Source: Asterionella formosa (lineage: Eukaryota). Taken from it: a DNA stretch of 64,000 nucleotides. Below the pieces are notes generated by a model. It made no database searches, had not been told where the DNA came from, and worked only from the letters and a program-made list of their open reading frames with translations. The position numbers were made by a program, and so were the translations under genes. Location of the stretch: NCBI GenBank assembly GCA_002256025.1, contig NKIB01012180.1:1-64000 (forward strand), given 5' to 3'. The first letter of the stretch is position 1. Each line of letters starts with the position of its first letter. Shown here in pieces: positions 49,593-63,100 of the stretch.

Positions 49593-51301
49593 ATGGCGGA
49601 CGATTCTGACGCTTGCCTCCCTCACGTCTTGACTGACTTTGTGTTTGATCTGTGCGATTCGGTCACGCAGTCTCAGATTGGCGAGGAGCAATCCAAACTG
49701 TACAATGTCACGTTCAGAGAGCTGTGTTCCAAGGTGCGACCAATCCAAACGCAATGGGGTAGTTGATGGCATGATGCTGCTTTTTCCACATTCTTTTCTC
49801 ACACTCGCGGTTCGCCCTTACCATTCGTTCCAGTACTACACTACCTCGCCTTGGCCTTCTCCTCAAGCCATTGCGTCCGAAGCCAATGGTCATCCCCTAT
49901 TCCTAGCCATTTACAGAGAAGTCACCCATCGTCACTGGCACTCCGTTAGTCGTCCCAACGTTCGCGATCGCATCGAAGGCTGGAACGTCTACAGAGAGCT
50001 TTTGGATGAAATATTGGACGAAGATAATATTGAATCCACTCAGCCCTCCTTCTTCCTCCTTCCAGACTGGGCATTCGATATTCTCCACGAGTTTGTATAC
50101 CAGTTTCAGGGATTTTGTCAATTCAAGGCTGCGGTATATGCGACTGCTCTCAAGCATAAGATTCCACTGGATGGAGATATTCCACCCAACACGCCAAATC
50201 ATTTGGTAGAAAACCTTAACGCGCTCTCGCAGAACAAGGACGCATGGTCGAGTGACCAAGTCATGGGATACTTGACTAAGTTGATTCGAGTAGGAAAGGC
50301 ATCAACAATGCCCGGATATCAGTATTTGGGCATTTTTGCTTCTATTACTCTCAGCCGCCTAGAGTGTTTGCTTGGAGACTACAGAGGATGCTTGCAGGCT
50401 GTGAATAGTGTAATGAATGGAGACATTTCGGTTTCACAAGAAGGCGAACTATCGACTTCGGTGGAGATTGTGCATAGAGTCGTTCCTGCCAGACTATCGT
50501 ATGCCTACCATGCTGGTGTGGCTTACTTGATGCTCCGTCGTTACAAGGATGCGACTCGAACGCTTGGGGACATTTGCTCCTTTGTGCAGAGTGGATTTAA
50601 GGTAAGAAGAATGCAACGTTTTATTTGACTGAGAATCAAAAGAGTCCTTTGAACTTATTTTCTTGCCGTTGCTAACACTTGACTGTCCTTAGACTGGTCA
50701 ACTTCGCAAGCTTCCCAACTCTGATCAATTCAACAAGACTCACGACCGCATGATTGCTCTTCTGGCAATTCTTAGTCATGTGTGCCCACCAGTTGGTCTA
50801 TTGGAAGATTCCATTTTACGCACAATCCGAGACAACCATGGCTCCTTGCTGGCCAAAATTGATTCTGGCGAGAAGGAGTACGATGAATTATTTACATTTG
50901 CATCTCCAAAGTTTATTTCTCCTGTCGTAGGTGGTGACAATTATAAGCTCCAAATCAAGCGCTTCCGCAAAGAAATGTCGAGTCAGCAGAAGTGCCGCAA
51001 GCTGAGATCATACATGAAGTTATACACGTCCATGGAAGTGAGCAAGTTGGCGGCCTTTACCGATTCGACCAAGGAAGAAATGATTGCCTTCCTACTAAGT
51101 TACAAGCATCACATGAACCAACTTGAAGAAGGAAGTGATGTTCCCAAGAGTGCATTGGATATCCACTACCATATTTCCAACTCGACAGTGCAGGTAGATG
51201 AAGCAGAGAAACAACGACGATTCGAGAACTATTTTATGCAACAGATTTCACAAAACGCAGAGATTCGCAAGGATATCATGAGAATCAACACGAACGTCTG
51301 A
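49593..51301 (+). CDS. EIF3L: Eukaryotic translation initiation factor 3 subunit L, 3 exons
   Basis: Exons 49593-49733, 49834-50601, 50693-51301. Motifs PWPS, WAFDILHEFVYQFQ, LSRLECLLGDY, YLMLRRYKDA, SPKFISP, LRSYMKLYT. Confidence 0.93.
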
Positions 51302-51361
51302 GAAATAGTGCAAGGGGTGGCATTTATGGAATTACAATGGTGCTTATTCCCTTTAACGGTC

Positions 51362-52084
51362 TTAAACAACCGGTGGTACATAGGTTGTTACTGTAGCCGT
51401 ATGCTTCTTTCGTCGTCCAATATTCCTTATTCTGAGGAGTGGTTTCACAAGCAGAAAGAGATTACTCCTGTGCTTCGTTTTGGTCTTTCCGGTGGCAGAA
51501 CTTATATTGTCATTCTGCACATCACACTCTGCCTTTCCATTCGTCAAGAGCAAGTATTCATTCCAATCCAGTTGGAATTCTCTGAATTCCTTGACAAGGA
51601 CTGCCTTGGTAACAGCTTGCCAATGTCGAATTTTCTTTCGTATGGGCTTCCATTTCTTGTCTTCCTTCATGACCATATCAAGAAAAAACGCCAATCCAAG
51701 TACCGCCACAACCAAAAAAGATGTCAACGCCAAGGCTAAGAGTCCATACTGTTGAACAATAGAAATCACCATCACAACAGCAACTCCAATGAGGAGACAA
51801 AAGAAAACCAGGGCTGCATGTACTAAAAAAGCGACTCGTTGACTCAAAGAATCCACCTCAATTTTTTCTTCATCAGGATTACTGCCTTCGTCGCCTGGTT
51901 GGGTTGTCACTATCGGCGTTACTAGGTTTTCAGTGTCGGTTGATGATACTACTGTTGTGTTCAGTGGTGATTGAGCAGAATTCCCTTCGCTACCGATTGA
52001 TGATTCTCGTGTTGGATTTGCAGATGAACTCAATGAATCTGGTTGACCCTTGCTGCTCGACTTGTTGGGAACATCATGCATCAT
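51362..52084 (-). CDS. Hypothetical protein with two transmembrane helices
   Basis: 240-aa ORF with disordered N-terminus and two long hydrophobic segments; convergent with EIF3L. Confidence 0.7.
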   Translation of the reverse strand: MMHDVPNKSSSKGQPDSLSSSANPTRESSIGSEGNSAQSPLNTTVVSSTDTENLVTPIVTTQPGDEGSNPDEEKIEVDSLSQRVAFLVHAALVFFCLLIGVAVVMVISIVQQYGLLALALTSFLVVAVLGLAFFLDMVMKEDKKWKPIRKKIRHWQAVTKAVLVKEFREFQLDWNEYLLLTNGKAECDVQNDNISSATGKTKTKHRSNLFLLVKPLLRIRNIGRRKKHTATVTTYVPPVV

Positions 52085-52812
52085 TGCGACTTCGAAGTGG
52101 AACGGCCGGGGTATGACTGATGATCTGTTTCTTTTTCTTTATTCCCGGCGTTGTTTCACGCACAGGCACGTCACGACCAAAGTCGACCCTTTATACGTAT
52201 ATCCCGGTAGATATTCCGGTATTTATAGTGCTAAGATGGACTACGGATACCGTACACACACAAAAAACCAGTACCGGGGTATTTCTTCATTTACATGTAA
52301 TCATCAAGTTTACCGGTACCGGTAGGCATGTATTTTGCTTCCTTACAATTTAGCCATGGTACCGGTAAGTACTTTATGAACGCAGCCAGTATTCAAAATT
52401 TCGACGTAGATGTACCTGGTACGCGTGTTCACGGACAAGGGGGAGTAGGAAAACAACTAACGGTACCGGTACCTGTTACCGGTACGATCGAACCGCGTTG
52501 TACTTATAATCCCGCCGTAAGCCCATCAACCAGCTTGGCATCAAGAAGATGCGACTTCCACTGCTATCATGTACTCCGTACACCAGTAATTTTGTACATG
52601 ATATACTACTATAAACCTCCTGAAAAATATCCCTTGATGTACCGGTAGTCTACCACCACATACATTCAATATAGCCACAATCTATGAAGTAAGTACACCA
52701 CGCCCGGGGGTAATAATGCACTGTAATTAATGCCTTCATAGCTAATTATCTTCGGTTGCGTGTATGTAGTCGATAATTTCATTCAATTCAAACCATGGGA
52801 GCAAAATCTGCA

Positions 52813-54374
52813 TTAAATAAATGGAACAAAATCACCCTTTCTTCCAGATCCATCACTGGCGGCAGGGTTTCCCAGACTCTGGAAGAATTCTATTGACTCT
52901 TTGAGTGCCTGGATGAACAAATCAACTTCCCTGTTATGAATGTATGAGTCAGCACTTTACAATCATTCTAGATACAATTGAAGCGAATGTACCAGATAAC
53001 TTACTCTTTGGTATTGTAGAAATACAAACTTGCGCGAGCTGAATGTGAAATCCCCCACGCTTGATGCAGTGGTTGGCAGCAGTGATGACCAGCCCGAATG
53101 GCGATACCTGCAATGTCAAGGAAAGTACTCAAGTCACTAGGATGAACAGCCTCACAATGGAACGCGCAAAGTGCTGCACGATTCTCTTTGGGTCCCAGGA
53201 CAGTCAATCCGTCGATCTCGGACAAGCGTTTGTAAAGGTATTCTCCCAATTCATGTTCATAGGCTGAAATTCGATACATCCCAATCTTGTTGAGGTACTG
53301 GACGGCAGCACCAAGACCAATTGCTTGCGCAATAGCCGGTGTCCCAGCTTCAAACCTTCCAGGAGCTGGTGCGTATGTAGATCCTTCGAGAGTCACTTGA
53401 TCAATCATTTCTCCACCTGCAAGAAAGGGAGGCATGCTGTTTAAAAGATCTTCACGTGCCCATAAGAATCCTATTCCGGTGGGGCCACACATTTTGTGAC
53501 CAGAAGCCGCCAAGAAATCTACATCAAGTGCTTGAACGTCGATTTTCATGTGCGGGACGGACTGGCATGCATCAAGAAGTATCTTGGCTTGCGGAGATTT
53601 CCTCCGAATCATCGCGACCATGTCTGTCACCGGATTCACGCAAGACATTACGTTGGATACATGTTGGAAGCCCACTATTTTGGTTTTTTCGGTCAACAAG
53701 TGTTCCATTTCTTCAAAATCCAACATACCAGTGTCTTTGTTAATATGCACGAATTTGAGGACAGCACCCATTTCTTTTGCGAGAATCTGCCACGGAACCA
53801 AGTTGGCGTGGTGTTCCATTTCTGTCACGAGAATTTCATCGCCTGGAAGGAGATTAGCTCGTCCGTAGGAGTAAGCAACCAAATTGATAGCCTCTGTTGC
53901 GCCTTTTGTAAAGACAATTTCGTTCCTTGAGTAAGCGTTGACAAATTCCGCCACCAAATCTCTAGCTTCTTCGTAACTAGCGGTGGCCGCTCTTGCCAAA
54001 GTGTGGGCGCCTCGATGGACATTGGAGTTTTGAGTCTCATAATATGCAGTCAAGGCGTCGGTGACAAATTTGGGTTTCTGCGACGTTGCTGCTGAATCAA
54101 GGTACACCAATGGACTAGAAGCAGCTCCCTCGCCAATGGAAGTCTTGAGAATGGCGAAATCATCACGTGTCTCGGTGGCTACGTCGGCGTTGTCGAGTCT
54201 TACATTTCTCCACCACTCATCGCCGCTGCCAGTTGGAGCGACCTCTTGGACTTTGGAGTGGCTTACAAAGAACTCTGGCAGGCCTTGTCTCCTGCATGTG
54301 GCTGACTGATGGCATATGAACGCGCTGACGGTCACGAGTGAAAATAGTAGAAGAAGGGGCGGGAATGCTTTCAT
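52813..54374 (-). CDS. sufS: Plastid-targeted SufS-type (class II) cysteine desulfurase, 2 exons
   Basis: VSAF presequence; YLDSAATSQKP, MEHHAN, SGHKMCGPTG, RAGHHCCQP. Intron 53004-52931 extends YNTKE to EVDLFIQALKES...; stop at 52815-52813. Confidence 0.93.
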
Positions 54375-55130
54375 GTTGACGCTACTGTGGACAAGATTGG
54401 AAAGTCGGCTGGAAATTATTGTTGGGGCCTGCGAGACTTCTGACCTATGAACATATGATATTATTTCCCTTTGTCAGTGCTAGTCTAGTTCGGATAATAG
54501 TCTACTTGGTAGTTGTGAATAGAAACGTGAGGAGTAGAAAGCTGTACTAGTTGCCGTCACAGAAGAAAGAATGCGTGACAGCAGCAACGATGACGAGGCG
54601 CGCAAGGGGGTATTTCAAAATTCCACAACTTTGTTGTGCATCCCGGTATGATCATTTATATCGCCTTGCGTGGGAATAAACATCAGGTACGTACCGGTAG
54701 GCAGGTAGACTACCATGGTACCTGGAAGTATACGTGAATACGGATGTTGGGGGTTGGTAGAAGTACTGCCGTTAGATATGTACCCGGTAGTTCGACCCTG
54801 TTCCAACCAAGGTGCCAGCAATACATATTATGAACCGGTGTAGTCCTACTAGTCCTACCAGGGAGTACCAGTACCAGTACCGGCACCTGGCACCCCCTTT
54901 GTACCAGGTACCTACCTGGTTCGAGAACTCTACGTAGTAAACCAAGAAGAAGAATTCAGATATTCGCGCAGTCTGCGCACATGGTAATCTGCTCACAGCA
55001 GCAGAAGCATCGTGTTGGCCGTATGTAAAATACCACGTGGGTACTGGCAAAATCTCAAACGCGCCGCGTCGTTGGCGCACCACAACACGACGTTTCTTGT
55101 CTGTTATTCGCAACAACCAACTCTTTGACA

Positions 55131-55621
55131 ATGATCGGCAAGTTCTTTTCACCCGCGTTCTATGTAGGACAGTATGACAAGACTGTTGCCTCATTGGGAG
55201 CATATTATAGACCCATGTTCCGCGCTGGAAGGTGAGCCTGCCCTTTGTTGTTGCTGGATTGCGCATCAATCGAGTGAATCTAGTGGTCTCCGGGTCGCTT
55301 TGCCGACAGGATAAAAAAATGGTTTTACTTTCCCCTTATTTTACATCAATTTTGTTCGACCTTTCATGTGCAATTATGTTTATTTTGCATGGGAGGAGGG
55401 GCTTGATTTCTCCATGATAATATATCTGTTTCTCACAAATTTTCCATTTATGCCTACATAGCATCACTCCACTCTGGCATGCCATGATCCTTACTTCCGT
55501 TGTCATGTACTCTTGCACTTATTATGGACGTAAGGGAAAGATTGTTCAAGATCAACGCAAAATCGAGAAGAAGGCTTTGGAGGAGTACTATGAGAAGCAT
55601 GGAGGACCTGCGCACCATTAA
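55131..55621 (+). CDS. 86-aa single-TM protein resembling mitochondrial ATP synthase subunit f, 2 exons
   Basis: Exons 55131-55231 and 55462-55621 give MIGKFF...YYRPMFRAGSITPLWHAMILTSVVMYSCTYY...AHH. YY..GS..PLWH-TM-Y parallels fungal Atp17. Confidence 0.7.
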
Positions 55622-56796
55622 ACAACCTGTCGTCAGGTTTTGATAACTCTATCGAATGATTAGCTAAATTGGTTTGACGTTCAAAGATCTGTAAGGCTGT
55701 TTTGGAAAATATTTGTTATCGATGTCGCAACTTTTTCAACTAAAAGGCAATACGGAGCCTGCTCCTCAGGAAACAGAAGAGTGTCCACAGAATCGGATGC
55801 ATGTCCCATGTCGTTTCGCTTTGTTTCCGACATTGTGTTGAGATTCCGACTGTTTGTTTTCGTATCACTTGTGTGAGGTTCTCTCGAAACTGTTTTTTCT
55901 TGGCAGCAGACTTACGAGTCTTGTCATCAGTGTTACTCGTCTCAAGGCATCGCATCACAACCATCAACTTGACTACCGGTACCGGCACCCGTACTATGTA
56001 GGTACCGACCGGTGCTGCTACGTAGTTAGTATGGTAGACGGGTGATCGTGAATGAGCCGAAAATCAAATCCCGTCATGGTAAGATCAGAAAACACCCAAA
56101 GTGTTCTTTTGCACACGTTTGGCACTGTGCACGACCCATCAGTACCGGGTACGAAAATCCGAAAAATTCCAGCGAGAGGACATCAGAGTCTACATTCCGG
56201 TACCCCTGGCACTACACACCGCGCAAATGTATTACATACCAGGTTCGCAGCTGGACTTCACACAGATCGAATAGGTAACCGATAGGCTACCCGGTATTGG
56301 TGCCAGGTACCAGTACCATACCGGTACCAGTACTGGTACGTACGGTAACATTGTTATATTGTATGAATAACAGTAGCGGTGGCCTACTTTTAGGATATGT
56401 ACAGCTATAGTAAGTACAGTGGTCCAACAAAATGGCCTTCCTGCTCATCCTTTACTTATTTATGTAATGTACCAGGGTAAACTAGCAAAACCCGTACCGG
56501 TAAGTTGTTGTTTTACAATGTTCGTCGATTCTTTCATTCTTGGCTACCGGTATGATTATTACAAAAACGAGAGGGATCAACAGAAAAGCTCCTTAAGTCG
56601 TTCCGTGCGTTTCTGCCGTTTCTTTCATTCCCATTTGTTTGTTTTTACATTACTCATCTGGGCAAAGGGAATCAAACGAGCGAGTACTATAGTACTTACC
56701 ATAATCAGCACGAATCATATTTTTCTGAAACTAGAATTGCATCCAGTTTGTTCTGATAGAAAAGCAAACGCAGAAATACCGAAAAGAAGAACGAAT

Positions 56797-58577
56797 ATGG
56801 CGTATAAATTGAAAGCTACTCGATACGGAGGTGAGAAAACAAGCAGCTTGTCGATACCCTGAATTGGTCATTTGATTTTTCTCGAGGTGCGGTTGACCTG
56901 ATTTCGTTCCAGATGCTTCATGTGCATTTAGTTTCGAGCATGTATTCTAGATTGCTTCGACGACATCAAAAACACGACTAACCCTATCCATCATTTCCTG
57001 AAGGATTTGAACGCAAGATACTTCTGCAGAATGAGAATGGACCATGTCCATTGCTGGCAGCGGCCAATGCGCTATTGTTGCGCGGGGTAGTATCGCTACC
57101 GTCAACGTGTGTTAGAGCTGGGGTTGCTAGCATTGACGACGTTGTCAACATGCTCGCGGAATACGCGCTAGGTCACAATCAATCGCACCACCATCAAATT
57201 GATGAAATGCTGACTCTCTTTCCATCGCTCCAATTTGGAATGGACGTTAATCCAAAGTTTACGGGAGGACCTACAGGGGTGGAATATACACAGAATGTTA
57301 CTGCGTTTGAACTACTGGATGTTGAACTTGTTCATGGATGGTTGTTGGATTCAGACGACAAAGAAACAGTGAAACTGATTGGAAACAAAACATACAATGA
57401 GCTGGTCGAAGAAATTATTAAAGGAAACGATGCTAGTTCTGAGATGGAGCAAATTTGCAAGTCTATTCAGGAACTGGACGACAAACTAAAAGAAATGGAG
57501 GAGTGGATCGATGTCGCTGCCGAACGAGAAGTTTCATCAATAGAAGCTGATTGCAGTGACACTGAACCTGTCAAATCTCATGTAGATAATAAAGAGCAGG
57601 AAGCTTCCCTTGTCCTTCCATCATCAAATCCCGCAACCGATATGGATTCAACGAAACTAGCAGCCTCGATGCCAGAATCTGTTACAGACGACAAATGGAA
57701 AGCAAGAGGTGAAATCGAGGTATTGAAAAAGAAGTATGAAGCGTTATCGCAACATGCTACAAACGGAGCACTCTTGAATGGATTCTTGGAAACGACAGGA
57801 CACCAACTCACTGAATACGGCTTAGAACAACTCAACAACTACCTGGGAGATGACTGTATTTGCGTATTCTTCCGCAATAACCACTTTTCGACACTTACAA
57901 AGAAGGATGGAAAGATGTTCACGCTTGTTACTGATTTGGGCTATGCAAATGTTCCAGAAGTCGTATGGGAAGAACTTGACGCGATTGATGGAAATACAGA
58001 GTTCTTCAATTGCATGTTCGTCAAACCTGCACCTAGAAACGACCAGTTAGTTCAAGCTCCAGGGATTTCGCCAGAGCAAATGCTTGCTCAACGGGGGCAG
58101 TCGGAAGCCGACTTCCAGTTCGCGCTGGAGCTTAGTAAACGCGATGGTGGAGGTTCGAAAACCCGTGCTCAGCTAGATGACGATGAAGGAACCCTTGTGG
58201 CAGCCGCGACCGAAGCAAGTATACGTGCGTACCATGGTCTGGACAGTGAACCATCAATTATTTCGGCGCCTTCAGCTGGAACTTTCGTTCAGATTCCAGG
58301 CTTGAATGATTCTTCTATCTCTGCTGTTTCTAGTTCTCTTGGTTTTCAAGAAACCAGTACGATACAAGAAGATCAAGATGCCATGATTGCTCAACAACTC
58401 CAGGCTCAAATGGAATTCGATTATTGCGATGAAGCCAGTGCCGTTCTTGCCAGACAGTTGCATGCTGAAGAACAGCACATGGCTGCCGCAAAGCATGCTG
58501 GACAAAACAATCGCAGGAGTACTAGAAATCAACCATCTGCCACCACTGCGAAAGGTTCGAGCTGTAATATCTCATAG
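56797..58577 (+). CDS. MINDY-1/2 (FAM63) family deubiquitinase, 2 exons
   Basis: Exon 56797-56830, intron 56831-57003. Catalytic QNENGPCPLLA, LVHGWL, FFRNNHFST, LVTDLGY; C-terminal MIU/UIM-like helices and CaaX-like CNIS. Confidence 0.92.
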
Positions 58578-58636
58578 ACAAAGACAATGGTAGTTATTTT
58601 GCGTTGTTGGAAGGAAGGTCTGCTATTACATTTCAG

Positions 58637-59815
58637 CTAGTTTATGAGACTTTCGAGCAGCTTGGCTGCAGCAGTCCGTGGCGTTATGCTACCTTTGTCA
58701 AGAGCAACCTCTAAATCCTCGGCAGTTCGTCGTAACTCAGGATCAGTATGTGTTCGCTCGGTAATCATGTTGTGAAGATTCTTCCACATCCAGTACCTCG
58801 ATTGATGCCTTCGTTTCTCTGCAAAGTCGCCACCTTTCATCATTATTGATCGGTATCGACTAATTTCCTTCCAGACCTCTGGTATTCCCTCACCCGTATG
58901 TGCACTCGCCAGCAGGACAGGCGGGGTACGCCACAAGTCATGCCGATGTCGCATAAAACATGTAGCACCTCTGTAGTCAGAAGCGGTGTTGCGAGCGGCA
59001 ATCAATAGGTTACCGTCTGCCTTGTTGACCATAATGGCGTCTGCGACTTCGACGATGCCTTTCTTGACACCTTGAAGTTGGTCCCCGCCTCCTGGAGGGA
59101 TGACTAAAAGTAGCATATCGACAGAATCGGCTACTTCGACTTCTGACTGTCCCAGACCAACCGTTTCAACAATGCAGCAATCGTAGGAAGCCGAGGAGCA
59201 AAGGGAAACCACATCATGTGTGTAAGCGGAAAGGCCCCCAAAGGTTCCTCCATTACTGCTTGGCCTCACATAGGCTCGATCGTGGCGAGAAAGTTCTGCC
59301 ATGCGCGTCTTGTCACCTAAAATGGAACCACCTGTGATTGTCGAAGACGGGTCGATGCACAGCACAGCCAGTTTGGACGGGGAGAACAGCATGTTTGCGT
59401 CGTCCTTTGGTAAGTCGTTCAAAACGTAAATTCCCATTGCCTCAATAAAAGTACTCTTCCCTGCTCCAGGTGGGCCAGCTATTCCGATTCTAAAACATTC
59501 TTTCCGGTGATTCTTCTGCAAAAGATGTGTCAAGAGCAAGTCTGCTTGTTTCTTATGGGTGGGAGAAGTGGATTCAATCAACGTGATGGCCCGAGCCAGA
59601 GCCATTCGGCGCCGAAGTCGAAGCTCAGGTGTTTCTGGATCCGCTAGCGTCAGGGAGTCCGCCAATTTTCGCGTCTTCTCATTCATCTGATCTACAATGA
59701 TTGGTGTTGTTGACAGGGATGAAACGCATCGCTTCGGAATCCCTGTGTTTTCTTTGGATAGCAACACCTTGGCTGTCCACGCCAAAGTTTTTCGGAAGAT
59801 GTAACTCGAAATCAT
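58637..59815 (-). CDS. MMAA: MMAA/MeaB (ArgK-family) GTPase chaperone of methylmalonyl-CoA mutase
   Basis: LARAITLIES, GPPGAGKST, GGSILGDKTRM, VETVGLGQSE, LQGVKKGIVE, VNKAD; mitochondrial-type N-terminus. Confidence 0.93.
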   Translation of the reverse strand: MISSYIFRKTLAWTAKVLLSKENTGIPKRCVSSLSTTPIIVDQMNEKTRKLADSLTLADPETPELRLRRRMALARAITLIESTSPTHKKQADLLLTHLLQKNHRKECFRIGIAGPPGAGKSTFIEAMGIYVLNDLPKDDANMLFSPSKLAVLCIDPSSTITGGSILGDKTRMAELSRHDRAYVRPSSNGGTFGGLSAYTHDVVSLCSSASYDCCIVETVGLGQSEVEVADSVDMLLLVIPPGGGDQLQGVKKGIVEVADAIMVNKADGNLLIAARNTASDYRGATCFMRHRHDLWRTPPVLLASAHTGEGIPEVWKEISRYRSIMMKGGDFAEKRRHQSRYWMWKNLHNMITERTHTDPELRRTAEDLEVALDKGSITPRTAAAKLLESLIN

Positions 59816-60224
59816 CGTCGCAATATCTCATGTATGTTTGTTGTTTGAAGAATGATCTCTTTTACATATTTGCATCGAAACATCCAAACTACCGGTATTA
59901 CCATCGTATTCCGATACCGGTTGTATATACCGGGTAGTCATGAAATAATGGGAACTGCTCCTAACAAGTTCAAGGAGGACCGTTCCATCATCTCATACAT
60001 GTGCATGATATTTACGGGTGGTGTACCGGTGTTAGCAGTAAATTTTGAGTGATTGCTACGTGGTTAGTATAGTACCGGTATTCCTTACATACCGGTATAT
60101 ATATTTAATACCGGTAGGGAGATAATATATAACCGGTACATATAATATATGTACAGTAGTATATAAAAACATGAGGGTGGTATATTCGACCAGTAACAGG
60201 TACGGTAATCTGGTAGTCCCCTCT

Positions 60225-60294
60225 GGAAGGTCCAGTAATCGAGATATTTAGCTTAACCTTTTCCGTAGAAAAAACGTGTCTTAACGAACCTTCC
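60225..60294. mobile_element. 70-bp mini TIR element with target duplication
   Basis: CCTCT|GGAAGGTCCAGTAA ... TTAACGAACCTTCC|TCTGG; CCTCTGG is repeated across both junctions. Related ends occur at 2447-2471 and 15414-15438. Confidence 0.7.
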
Positions 60295-60349
60295 TCTGGT
60301 GTTCTTATCTACAGATATTACCCTGGTACCTGGTAACGGTACCTACTCG

Positions 60350-63100
60350 AGGTACAGCTGTTCAACAATATCACTTATTAGCCATAACGATGTGAACAAA
60401 GCAACAACTATAGTATGAAACAAATGCCAGTGCATACCGATAGTATGTATGCATTTTCAAACCAACAGCAAAGATATTATATTGCCTTTTACAAAGGCTG
60501 GGTGACTATGAAACCATAGTCCACATTAAGGAGTGAATCAGCAGCCTTTCCCACTCATCCAACAAGCCAAGGCATGCATTGATATAGATGCAAAACCAGC
60601 TGAAAATGGCTGATGGGAGGCAAATAATTCTGATCGTGCTTCCTTGCTGCTGGGATCAGTCGTGGCTGTGGAAACTGTCGAGGAGAGTACCACAACAGCC
60701 CATGGCCAAGAAAGAGAGCAAAGATATAAAATTTTCAGACAACATTCTTGCTGTTCCAAACATGGAGTCAACAGTTAGTAGTACACAGCTGGAAATGAGC
60801 ACTCTCCTCCCAATAGAAAAATTTCCACCTGGATTGATGAGACCTCAACAAAATTCACTCTGCTTGCTACTCCAAAGAGAGTGCAAACGCTTGCTCGTAG
60901 TTTCACTAGACATAGACTAGCAACAAATGATAGAGCTGGAAGGTTGCTTTGTTACTAGCCAACCACGCAATGCATCCAGGCCTTGATGAGACTGATCTCT
61001 TTCAGTGGTTGCATGTATCCAACAAAAACTGTGAAGAAATCAAGTTTTAGAATGCCAATACCATCAATTAATCTCAATTTAAGGATTCAATTGAACATGC
61101 ACCTATTCAGAAATACACCTTATACTACCCTACATACACACATGTGATACATCTGTGCATAACCACACATAACACACAGCAACCTGGTGTTCTCAACAAC
61201 AAAGTGATATGACCTATGGTAAATTTTTGCCACATAGATTAAACAGGAAATATTGTTTGATTCACTTCTTGAAGGAACAAAGAAGGCAAGTATGCTGAAA
61301 AGTGACTGCTTCAATCACCATAGACACAAACTAAGATGCACACTTCCTTCACAGCTTCAGTGAAAAGGTGAAAGAAGATCCCAAGCACTACAACAAATCA
61401 CTATCTTAGCACTTCACAGAGAACATTTGCACTCCAACGCCTCTAGACATGAGGTGGTTGAGAATGTGTTCCAGCATGTTACCACAAATATACCCACTTG
61501 ACAGCGCCAGAAGTCACTACATAGTAGCTATTTTAGGTTCTTATCAGGAGGTTTTCTTTTTTCCGGGAAAAAACCAGACTAATCACGCAAGGAAGCGCCA
61601 TGATGCGGACTGCCCTACTATCACATATACAGTAGTTTTAAGGCGCTATACAAGTAATATTAAATATACCAACAGAGACATCAATTACTCATGATAGCAA
61701 TTTCCAAGAACACACGCCTTGCTTGCCTTGAAACAAGGTTTTTCCACAGATTGAAAATTGGATAGTAGTTTAGTGGTCGTGTTATCTGAATCTCAGCAGC
61801 TACATTGGGCAATTCCTTCCAAATGAACACGCACACGATCATTTTTTATTTTCTATGTTACTTTCTTTCCTTTTTCTTTACACATCCTGGGCATGCCCAG
61901 GAGGGATGCATTTACCTCATCGCGCAAACAATACAAACATGAAAAAATGGGTCTAGGTCTCTCAGAGATCAATCGATAGAGGGCACCTTTGAATGATTTG
62001 GCACATGCGGGTACTACCCGAAATGGAGACTAAAAGAAAGAAGGGGGGAGCGGTTTAAACACCACTGCCTGCTCCTGCTGACGAAATTAGCACACTACTT
62101 GGCTATTGGAAATGGCAACAATTGGACCCAATTATATGGCGTTGTACTATCCAAAAAATAATTCCATGTAGTCCAAGAACCGTGTCAATTCGGACTCTGA
62201 AAAATGGATGGCGACCAGTTAAGGCTTCTTGACTTACATAATTTTTTTGAGGCATGTATCAGGCTCATTGCAATCCCTTCGGGGATTGGGGTGGATTTAG
62301 TGCTGGTAACTCTTTTGAACATGAGTGCACAAACTGGAGGGCTGAAAAACTTAACTCAAATCATGTTTTCTACTGAAATCTTATACATAGCGAATATAAG
62401 CGAGGTCATTTTCAAACAATTCTTGGCGTTACCGGCACTCCCCAGCAGCACGATTAAAATCATGTCTTTCACATGGAGCACTTGTTGTGCGCAGATAGGA
62501 TTCAGATGCTGGGGCACTTACATCACGTTTTGGCCTCAAAACTGTAGATTTTTTACGCTGACCACGCTTTTTAAAATTGAATGTAGGTCGGACCTGTGTC
62601 ATGAAGTCATAAGGCATCAAATTGGCATGTGTCAGTTGAAATTGAGGAATTTTTTGATTGCTGATTGTTCTTGTTGACAGCAACATCCACGAACCCTCCT
62701 ATTTCTTGAATCTCTGACAGACATCTGTGTTTGAGATGCTGAGGGGAGAGCATCATTGTTATAACTACAATCGTTGAGATATGAAAGGGAAAGGTTTTTC
62801 CAAGCCAGCATTGTTGGTGATGGACAACTGGCAATTCTCAGGGAGAATACCAGCAAGAAAGGAAAGCATTGAGGAGGAGGCCTCATCTTCTTCAATCATG
62901 TAGAAGTGCAATCGAATGACGGATTGGTTGCCATTACTCCTATGTAAACAACGATTATGGTAGTCGAGCTATGCATGGGGTTCTCGATATTTCTGCTGCT
63001 GATAATTATAATATCAAATAATATTTTACTATGGAAAAAGATGGAGGAGCTAAATTAATTTGTATCGATTAAGTACAAGGGTTCTCCTAGACGTTCCAAG
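60350..63100. other. Decayed repeat-like block with broken ORFs
   Basis: 60350-61450 is strongly CpG-poor and CpA/TpG-rich. Only short interrupted ORFs; no family recognised. Confidence 0.4.
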
